Below, piece after piece: positions 46,501 to 56,219 of a stretch of 64,000 bases of DNA. Under the pieces are notes generated by a model. The model was not told the origin of the DNA. It did not search any database and was given only the letters and a program-made list of their open reading frames with translations. Source of the DNA: Azolla caroliniana (Eukaryota > Plantae > Polypodiophyta); assembly GCA_043228905.1 (NCBI GenBank), contig JBHGNT010000011.1, positions 4,030,001 to 4,094,000 of the forward strand, written 5' to 3'. Made by a program: the position numbers and the translations under genes. The number at the start of each line of letters is the position of its first letter. The stretch's first letter is position 1.

Positions 46501-48240
46501 TCTCGAGGTCGTTGCCTCTGAGATCTCTGATTGTATGCCTTTCTCTCATAGTGTTCTGTTTCGGAGTTTGCGGACTCCACGCGGTTTTTTCCCAGTTCGG
46601 GTTTCCATGTTAAAATTTGTGTCATTCTCAGTTTCTGTATTCTGTTTTTTTCCTTTCCATTAGATTGACTATTATTCTGCACATGCAAAACTGGTTGTGG
46701 CCGGTTGTGGCCAAATCCACGAACGAAACGCTCCAAAACATCTTGCGAAAGATCGTCAATGAAAACCGAACTGATTGGGACACCAAGCTGCATAGTGCAC
46801 TATGGGCATACCGGACGGCATACAAAACAAGTATCTAATCAACACCATTCCGGTTAGCATTTGGGCTTGAAGCAGTAATGCCGATCGAATTTCAGGTTCC
46901 GAGTTTGTGGATACAGGTTAGAGAACGACTAGGTGAAAAGGAATCGGAAAAAATCTAGTTAGCCGGATTATGCGAACTCGAGGAGCATCGGATAGCAAGT
47001 CTCATGCAGTTGGAACTGGAGCAGTGACGAAGGAAGGCGTTTGTCGATCGGCACCGGAAGGGCAATGAGAAAATGTTCTGGATCGGCAAGCCGGTATTGG
47101 TGTTCCAGACCCGGATGGGTTAGATGCCAGCAAAGCTATGGTTCCGGTGGACCGGACCGCATTGGATAACACGGGAATTCAACGGTTCATACCAACTCGG
47201 AACACTCGTCGGAGAGATATTGGGCAAATGGGTCAATGGGTTTCGACTCAAACCATATTGTGGACCTATGCCATAGAATCCGTTCGAGCAGGTGGAGGCA
47301 GATACAACAGTAGGAAGCAGAAAAAATGTACCTAGCAGTTAGACAGAGCCGGCGTTACCCGATAACGACAAACAAGTGGCCGGCAAACGTACATATTGGG
47401 AAAAAACCCCGGGATTCGGACCCGGTGCTTCCGGTTAACTAAAACTCAATCTAAATAAAATAAATAAATATAAAATAAAATAAAAGAAAGAAAAGTCATC
47501 ATGCAGAGGCGAGGAGCGAACATGCACTTTGAAAAGGTGTGGTGGGTGGCTAATTAAAGCCTTTAAAAAAGGCGCATCACGTATCAACCGACTGCTATAT
47601 CAGTACAAGGCGTGCATGCGCGGGAATCAAGAAAAGGCGCCACGCATGGAGAAAGAAAACCTTCGCTACGTAGAGTCCCTTTCATTTCACGAACACAGAG
47701 ATCTCAACGTACACAAGCAATTACGAGTGATCAGGTGAGAGCACGCAGAACACACAGGCACACCCATCTTACCACAACCTACCGACTTCGATGACGACAT
47801 GGACTGCATGGTACTCTTAGAAGCAGCTAAGAAATGGCTGAATCAACACGGTGTAGAGGGATTCTTGCGAATAGTCGAAGCACCGCTGCACGGAGATGCG
47901 GAAAATGTTGTTAAAAACATCGACACGGAGGTCATCACCGAGGAAGCCATCCGAGCCATGACTGACCTACCGGAAGGGGGAATCTACTCGATGGACAACC
48001 CTTCGCAAGAGCTGCTGACAAGATATTTTGGGGAATACTCCCTGAGCAGCGAGGCATACCACACGTAAGGCGGTGAAGACCTTTTGTTTCGGGAAATTGC
48101 TCGGGTACTCCACAAGTATGGCCATGTATACCCCCGATCACCGGCGATGCCTAGGAATAGAGCCGGTTTGATCATAGCCACCTACGAGGGAGTACAGGTG
48201 GATTGGCCGGTAATAATTGCCGACGGCCTGAGCGCTACCA
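40535..48240 (+). mobile_element. Element G: degenerate relative of B, 3' end deleted
   Basis: 5' LTR 40535-41003 (start resembles the B LTR), PBS TGGCGACCA at 41011-41019, fragmented gag-pol about 41056-47340, extra ORF start 47799-48240 fused to A gag. No 3' LTR. Confidence 0.9.
46220..46709 (+). mobile_element. Truncated Copia-type LTR inserted in the G integrase, flanked by a 139-bp direct duplication
   Basis: Begins TGTTAGGAAACAAGTCCCTCCAG, similar to the Copia LTR at 51424 (TGTTGGGAATATGTCCCTCCAG). 46082-46220 is repeated at 46710-46848. Confidence 0.75.
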
Positions 48241-49200
48241 TCATCTCAAGCAGATCATGTTGTCATCCATGTATACGATATTTTGTTGGATGGCCTCTCG
48301 AAGGCTCGCGCAATCCCTTCTCATGTGGTCCATGCTATCGCACCACACGCACCACACGCATCTAAAGGGTTCTTTTCCTTTGGGGCCTCGACGATTCATG
48401 TTGGCTAGCATGACCATCTCGAACTTCTTCCCTAGCTCTTCGATGATGTCGTGATCAATCTTCTTTTCTTCCAGGCTGCTTTGTTTGGGCAGCTTAGCTA
48501 CTTTTGGTTGTCTGGTTTTCTCCGTGACAGTCGATCCCGCCAAGTCGGTGCATGCTCACTTCACCGCAACCCAGTCCGCCACAAGCCCGTTCGCTTGGGT
48601 ATCATCTTCAAGGAGACTACCCAGTTCTCGTCTATCCTTCATATCCACAGGCTTTAGGAAGTACAAAGTTTTGTCCTCCTCAAGTAGCACTTGGTCTGTG
48701 GCGGGGAGACGACGAAACATTTGGTCAAACTCGTTGTACATCCTCAAAGCGCTCATCCTCTTATTCTTCTTTTCTATCCACTTCATCAAGGCATGTCGAG
48801 TCATCCTCAACAAATCTTCCATCATGAACTCCGCTAATATCGCTTTCTCGATCTCTGACCACGTTGTCTTCCCTTCTTGAAGCTCAATGACGTGCCTTTG
48901 GATGTTGTTGGCGACCACTCTCTTGAAACTTGCGATTTGATGTGCTTCAGACACGTCCCTTTGATTCATCTCTATTTTGTATGCATCAAGGAACTTCGGA
49001 ATGTTCCTTCCATCAAATTGACCCTCGAGCTCAACGACACGGTCGACAACCTTCTCCACGCTCACATCGTTGTCCCGAGATCTCATCATTTGTTCGACAA
49101 GTACCATCATCCTTTCAAACTCTCCCGCTTGATTGCTTGAGGATGCCATCTCCAAGTATCGGTCGATCCTCAACTTGATCCTTCCTACCGCCTCTTTCAC
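48241..49200 (-). pseudogene. gag of element A
   Basis: GQFDGRNIPKFLDAY and zinc knuckle CVWCDSMDHMRRDC, one premature stop at 48556, directly after the tRNA-Trp PBS. Confidence 0.85.
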
Positions 49201-49221
49201 GTTGGGTTCACCACTTACATA

Positions 49222-50187
49222 TGTCGTGAAGATCCGTCACTACGTGTGGATCGTGAGGCGGAACCATCGGGGTTCTAGACCGAAAGGACTCGAAGTTTGC
49301 ACTAGCTTTAGCAAGAAAGGAATTAAGATAGATTGAAAGAGAGTGAGATTGATATAAGATAGAATTCTTGACTTTAGATTGAGAGAGATTAAGATTGAAC
49401 TCTTGACTTTAGATTTGAAGAACAAGCTTGATACATCAATTGGATAACGAATTTCTTACTTTTAATTTCTTGATTAATACATCACTCTCCGTTTTTCTTC
49501 TTCATCCACTCTTTTATAGACGCCCCCATGCATATGATGCATGTGAGGGTACAAGACATGCATACAATGCATAGAAAGCATAGAATGCATGTGATGCATG
49601 TTTGCCATTTGGCGCTCATGCATTACATGTGATGCATGATAACCATGTCACTCACTCAAGCTCTAATATAAGAATTTACATGTAAAAGTATAATGATAGA
49701 AAAAACATTTCTAAGGAAATGACTAAGCCTAGTGGTAAGTCTATTGCCTCCTATCTTGGAGGTGCAAGGTTCAAGCCTTGCTTGCATCCCTTTGATTACA
49801 AATTTCTAATATGTTTTTAGTCTAGATGATTTTGTTCGTTTCACACCAAAATCGTCACGATCAACCTATTTGATCGATCCGTCTATCCGGTCCCCTTCCG
49901 ACCCGGTCATCCGGTCTATCCCTTCCGGTTCCGGTTCCGTCGTCGTCCGTCCGTTCCGATTCTGATTCCGGTTCCGGTTTCGGTTCCGCCAAAACCATTA
50001 CGAGTAGTTAAGCCACATTCACATAAATTGACATTTATTTGTCCGTTTCAAATGTAGTAAAGTACATTCAGAAGCACTTGAAGACCTCCATCTTCACTAT
50101 CATTGTTTCATGTCTTGTGTGAAGAACCACACTTGATTTTGGACATTCCTCGCAATTTTCACACCATTGCCGAAAATCTTCACAACA
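49222..50187 (-). repeat. 5' LTR of element A
   Basis: Homologous to 7495-8685, followed by TSD CCGT. Confidence 0.93.
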
Positions 50188-50191
50188 CCGT

Positions 50192-50545
50192 GAAGTGGGT
50201 TATTGTGGCCAACAACTCTCAAGGACGCAGTTCAATACTTCAAAGAGTGTGACCTATGCCAACGATTGGGCCAACCAACGGAGTAGGGTCGAATGCCACA
50301 TCAACTGGTGTTGTCGTTGGAACCTTTCTAGAAGTGGGGGTTAGACTTTGTGGACCATTCAAGCTTCCGGTAGTGCGTAGCAGGAACCAGTATATTATAG
50401 TAGCCATGGACTATTGCACTAAATGGGTGGAGGAAAAGGCACTCTGGGACAACCCTGCAGCATCGGCGACCAAGTTTCTATACGAGTATATATGGTGCTA
50501 GTGTAGGTGCCCGATCGAGCTAATTAGCGACCATGGGGGACATTT
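50192..50545 (+). pseudogene. Element O continuation (integrase core), ending at a deletion junction
   Basis: KECDLCQR...YIIVAMDYCTKWVE...KFLYEYIWC...ISDHGGH. Confidence 0.88.
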
Positions 50546-51620
50546 GGACCTTGGACCGACTAAACAGATCTTGGGAATGCACATAGTTCGAGACAGAACT
50601 CAAAAGGTGCTATGGTTGTGACAACAAAAGTATGTGACAAAGATCCTAGATAGATTTAACATATCAGGTGCAAAGCCGGTCGGCTCAATATTGCCGACAA
50701 ACTACAGGTTAAATGCGAAGTAGTGCCCAACAGAGAAGAAAGAGAAGGCCAAGATGAGAAATGTACCATATGCCTTGGCCGTTGGCAGTCTAATGTCTGC
50801 TATGGTCTGTACGAGACCAAACATAGCATTTGTTGTAGGAGCAGTAAGCCGATACATGAATAATCCAAGGAGAGAACACTGGGCAGTAGTGAAGTGGATA
50901 CTCAGGTACTTAAAGGGCACCTCGGGGGTATGCCTAAAGTATGATGTCGGAAAACTTGGGCAGTCAAGAGATGTCGACTCGAGCCGATCCACGTCAGGGT
51001 ACGTGATGACCTATGCAAGGGGAGTAGTGTCATGGCAGTCACGACTGTAGAAGTCTACAACCTTGCCGACTACAAAGGCAGAGTATATGGCAGCGGTAAA
51101 TGCCAGCAAAGAGTTGATCTAGATGAGAAATTTTCTTAATGAGCTAAGGATGAAGCAAAGGGAATTCTTGCTTCACTGTGATAGCCAGAGTGCCATAGAT
51201 CTTGCCAAGAATGCTGCATACCACTCCCGGACCAAGCACATACAGAGAAGGTATCATTGGTTGCGGGAGAGAGTTGAAGAAGGAGAGTTTTCTCTTGTGA
51301 AAATACATACTTACGATAATGGATCTGGCATGCTCACGAAGAACCTACCTATGGACAGACTTAGAGTCTATGGACAGAAGACAGGATTGACTAACTCCTT
51401 CCCACATGAGTGAAGGGGGAGTTTGTTGGGAATATGTCCCTCCAGTGGGAGGAAGCAACTGTTCGGGAGTAGCCGACAGTCGAAGTGTCGAAGGAACCGA
51501 CTGTTCGGAAATAGTCGACAGTAAGAGAGTCGATTGTTTAAACAGATTATTATTATTGTTATAGTAATAATAATAGTAATGATAGGTAGTAGTGGCTACA
51601 ATTTTAAATAGTTCATACGA
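50546..51620 (+). mobile_element. Ty1/Copia 3' fragment (RT C-terminus, RNase H, PPT, start of LTR), Tnt1/Tork-like
   Basis: DLGPTKQILGM, VPYALAVGSLM, TRPNIAF, SRSTSGY and HSRTKHI motifs. PPT GAAGGGGGAG at 51412-51421. LTR from 51424, interrupted by H. Confidence 0.9.
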
Positions 51621-54600
51621 TGTCGTGAAGAAAACCGGCCATAGGCGGAATCGGAGAGAAAGCGCGTAAACCGGCCCCTACACGGATGGACGCATGACTA
51701 GATACTTTGTACGCGAACCGGTGGATGTGACTACTAAGCCATACACATTTATTAGAAAGGATTGTGCATATCCCAAAGGGGGACAGGGGATAAAAGGCAA
51801 GAGGAGAAAGAAATGAGGGATATCGCGCGCGAGGGAGAAGGGAAGCGATGCTGCAGAAGGGAAGCCGAGCTCTCTCTCTACTCCTCGAGCCGTCGTTCTC
51901 TGTGGGTCCGTCGCCGCCTGTGGGAGTGCGCTGCCTCTGCTTCGTGGAAAGCCCGTGTGCTTCCAGCAGAGTCACTCCCTTTCCCCTTTGTTTCTTGGAG
52001 TCGGGTGACTATCGTCGGTGTGCGTGAGTAGGGTCCCCGTGTCGGGTCCGTCGCCGCCACGTCGGTTGTAATTGTCAAGGATTGTAATCTCTTGTCATTA
52101 TAATTAAGTGTTACGATTCTATCTCTTTCCTTCTCGCTTTTCGTGTCGGTGAATCTCTCTCTATCTCTCTCTCTCTCGCTCCTCGGTCCAAGACCCCCGT
52201 GGTCCCGCCCCTTTCCACACGTACGCACGTAATAACGCGACATCTTGGTGAACCCGACGTGAAGAGGCGGCAAAGGAGTTGAAAGATGAGGGGATCGGAG
52301 CTAGCGAAGGCAATGGCGGTGGCCGTCGACCGGCTGGTGAGCACTCGTGAGGGAACGGGTACCCTCGACAGAGCCATTGAATCGATCGTCGGCTCTGTAG
52401 GCCGTTTCGGAGGGAAAGACACCAGAAGTTATTTGGAGGCTTACCGGGCCGAAATGATCATGAGGGATATTCCCTCGGGTGGTGACGTCGGGCATCCATG
52501 CGGAGGTGCTCGAGGTGTTGGCCGGATGCCAGACTTGGGAGGAGTTCGAGCTGCAGCTCCTCGAGAAGTACGGGTTCAACGACTCGCTCCGGCTGTCGAG
52601 GCGGGACTTCATGGCGTGGGTGGAGAGCCCCGGAAAAGGGAGGAACACGTCGGTACTCCTCCAGGAGTTCGAAAAACGGTTCGCGCGGCTATGGACATTG
52701 GACCGGACGATGCTCGAAACAAGTCGAGTGTTGTTGTTTGTCAAGTCGGTGGATCCGCTCGACAGGGAAAAGGTGGGTCCCCTATTGGAAACGGACGAAG
52801 GGCTCATGACGGATTGGGCCGTTGTAAAATGGGTCTGCAGCCGTTTCGACAAACGGCGCGATTGGAGCGACGGAAGCATGTCGGGGTCGGGGCTGGTCCC
52901 AGGGAGGAGGCTCGAGGAGCCGGTTTCGGTGCCGGCTGGGAGGAAGGAAGAGACCCGAATCTGGCTGGAGTCGGGGTCGGCATCGAGCGACGTGGTCAGA
53001 GGCCCATCCGGAGGAGCGGCTCTGGAGGAGCTAACATAGATGGTGCGCGACCTGCAAATCGCACAGGCCCGGAGTGACAACAGTGAACAACCTCGCGACC
53101 AGAGGCCGCCGGCTGGGCAGCGGTGCATGTGGTGTGACATGATCGGTCACATTCGGAAGGATTGCGCGGATTTCGCCGACGCGCTCAGGACCAACGTGGT
53201 GTACCTCTGGAACGGGCGGGTGCACGCGAGCGAGACCTGGAGAGCCCTAGAACTGAATACGAGGCGCGGTGGAATGAAGAGGTTAATGGAAGAGGCCGCG
53301 GCACGGCACGTCGAAGTCGTTAACTACTCAGTGTCTGCGGGAATTCGGGTCGGGGGTGATGAGACCCGGAAGGCGAAGGACTCTGGATTCTGGCCGCTAG
53401 TGCTAGAAGGCCTCTCCGGAGTTCGGCTGAGGAAGGAAGAGGCGGACCGCGCGGAACAACGGGTCTAGGAGGTCACCGGTTGGGACGATCCGGTCGAAGA
53501 GAAAACGGGCTTCGTAGAAGCCGCTTGCCAGAACTACGAGGTTTTGGTGGAGGACAAACGGGCAGGAAAGGCCGGAGGGGTTGGACCCCCGAGGTATGAG
53601 ACCCGGTTCGGACCGAAACCGACCGGTGCCGGTAACCCAGGCGTGCCGGATGGGAAGAAGACGGCGGGGTTTTGGTTGAGCACCGAAATCGAGAGAGCAA
53701 CGGACCTACGGAAGGTCCTTGAAGTGCGGATCCTCGACAGTAAAGTGGATCTGTCGTTGCGGGAGGTGCTGGGAATCGCCAAGAGGGAGTTCCACGACTC
53801 TATCGTAGACTTGGTGAAGCGGAAGAGGCTCTCGACGGAGCCGGAACCGGAGAAGCCGGTGGAAGTGCGGACCACACACCTGGAAGACGGAGCCTTGGAA
53901 GATGAGCTAGCGGGAAGCCACTACACGAAGCCGCATTGGGCCAGGGTGACTAAGGAAACCCCAATATAGATTGGCAACGTTCTGGAACCAGTGGTGGCGT
54001 TGTTAGACCATGGATCCGAAATCAACCTGATGTCCATGGATTTCTACAAGAAGGGTAAATGGCCGATCAACACCAAGCATGGCTGGAAGATACAGGCAGC
54101 GACGCGCGCCACGAAAGAACTACATGGGTCCTGTCCGAACGTACGGGTGAAAATCGGCGATGTCGAGATCGACCGGCACTTCTTCGTGCAGGAGACGTCC
54201 TCGCATCCGGTTATACTGGGAGAACCATATATCACGGCGGCACGGATGGAGACCAAGGTACTGGACAACGGTTCAGCCTATGCAAGAGTCAAGAGCTAGG
54301 ATGGGCGTCACTCGGTCCAGTTCCTAATGGTGCTACCAAACCACGAGCGTAACCGCGAGGCCCTCGGCAGCAAAACCCGAGGGGATTTTTAGAGAGGGCT
54401 GTCAAGGCGTGGGGCCGCGATAGTCCAGACACCCGGGAAGAACCCCACAAATGTACAGTACGGAAGAAGACCTGTACCATAGGTAGGAAATTTTGGTTCT
54501 CCGACAGCGGAGGTTGTACTATAACCAGCGTCAGCGGCAGGGAGAGGAAGCGAGCGGAGGAGTGGCTCAGGGGATGCGGAGTCCTCTTCCCCGACGAGGG

Positions 54601-55553
54601 CATCAGCGGCGCCGTGGAGGTGGTCTCTTTTGACGACACCTTGGGCGAACTACGAAAGGTGATCGGTGAAGACCTTAGAGAAGATCGGACCGTTCCGGTG
54701 GGGTCGATAGGAATGTACGAAGTCATCCCAGACTTCGGGGAAAGGATCGGGTCGGATCGGACGGCCCGCGTGGATACGAAATACAAGACTGTGGACCGGA
54801 AGGTGAGGCCAGTCGCGGCACCCTTGCCGGAGGGCAGCGAGGAGTGGATAAAGGGGGTCGCGTCGGACCCAAGTTTACGAAATCCGGCTGGCATAGGGCA
54901 CCAGTTCACCGACATAACGCTACGGGAGCTCAAGGTCGGTAGGGGCGGCTTCCTACTGCCGGTGGAGGAGGACTGGTTTCGGAGAATGCTGGGGAGGCAC
55001 GGGAAGGCTTTCGCATTCTCACCGGAGGAGATTGGGTGCGTAGACCCGACAGTTGTCGAACCGATGGTGATCTTCACGGTACCGCATGTACCGTGGAATC
55101 TCAAGCCGATTCCGGTGCCGAGAGCTCATATCCCGAAGTTGATGGAGCTCCTAAAGCAAAAGGTGGATATGGGCATCCTCGAACCGTCGAGTGCCCCGTA
55201 TTCGAATCGGTGGTTTACGGTGCCGAAGAAGAACGGCACGTTGCGCTTCATCCAGGACCTACAACCGGTCAACAAGGTGACCATCCGTAATGCAGGGATC
55301 GGACCGACCATAGAAGAGTTCGCGGAGGCCTTCGCTAGAAGGTCGATCTATTCTGTCGGTGATCTGTACTCGGGGTACGATTAGTTCCAACTAGTTGTGG
55401 AGAGCAGAGACATTACGACGATGCGGACTCCTCTCGGCCTGGTGCGGATGTGTACTCTGCCACAAGGAGGGACGAACTCAGTGGCTCACATGGTGAACGC
55501 GATGAACAAAGTGCTCAGGGATTGTATCCCGGACATCACAATGCCGTTCTTAG
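51621..55553 (+). mobile_element. Element H: 5' half of an autonomous-type tRNA-Trp-primed Ty3/Gypsy (LTR, PBS, gag, PR, RT up to the catalytic motif)
   Basis: LTR 51621-52242, PBS TGGTGAACCCGACGTGAA at 52246-52263, Gag with CMWCDMIGHIRKDC, PR ALLDHGSEIN, RT PYSNRWFTVPKKNG...DLYSGY...LPQG...MPFL then truncated. Confidence 0.92.
54383..54448 (+). promoter_or_regulatory. -1 frameshift signal between Gag-PR and RT of element H (G_GAU_UUU plus H-type pseudoknot)
   Basis: GGG GAT TTT TAG ends the PR frame. The -1 frame is open from 54383 into RT ORF 54614-55384. Stems 54396-54403/54419-54426 and 54409-54414/54443-54448. Confidence 0.75.
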
Positions 55554-56219
55554 TTCTAAAGTCACAGAATTATGCAGACTGGAAGGTAAAGATGGAAGAC
55601 CTCCTCATCGTGAAAGACCTATAGGAGCCAGTCGACAGAGCAGATATACCCAGGGGGGTATTGGAGTTGGATTGGCAACTTCTAAACAGAAAGACAGTGG
55701 CCACCATCCGATAGTGTGTCGACGTAAGTGTCCTTCAACATGTGGCAAACGACACAAATACCCACGAGATGTGGCAGAAGCTGTCAGGTCTGTATGAGAG
55801 GAAGAACACACTCAATAAAACCTCGCTGATGAGAAAAATCGTAAGGCTGAAATACAAAGACGGTGAGAGCATCATCAAACACATCAGCACGTTCATGGGG
55901 TATGTAAATCAACTTGTTGCGACCAAGTTTCCCTTGGATGATGCAATGCAGGCCATCTTGCTAATGTGCACACTGCCGAATAGCTGGGAGAATCTTGTGG
56001 CTACTCTCAGTACCTCCTGTCAAGAAGAGAACTTGTCTTTACAGATGGTGAAAACAAGCATCCTAAATGAGGAGGCAAGGAGGAAGGACAAGGGAGTTCT
56101 GTCCCAGTCGGAGTCGAATGTAAGACAACATTCGGACAGAGGAAGGAACCGGCAAAGAAGTCCACCAAGGAGAGGAAAGTCCCAGGCCAGATTAAAGTCC
56201 AAAGGTAAGCTAGTGTGCT
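55554..56219 (+). pseudogene. Ty1/Copia gag fragment (UBN2-type)
   Basis: NYADWKVKMEDLL...MWQKLSGLYERK...LLMCTLPNSWENL...ILNEE, cut at the start of the zinc knuckle by the next insertion. Confidence 0.87.

Larger units (their letters stand above)
7495..50187 (-). mobile_element. Element A: degenerate tRNA-Trp-primed Ty3/Gypsy element inflated to about 42.7 kb by nested insertions
   Basis: LTR pair 7495-8685 and 49222-50187 (TGTCGTGAAGAT...ATCTTCACGACA), TSD CCGT at 7491-7494 and 50188-50191, PPT 8686-8697, PBS near 49196-49213, gag and pol remnants on the minus strand. Confidence 0.9.
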
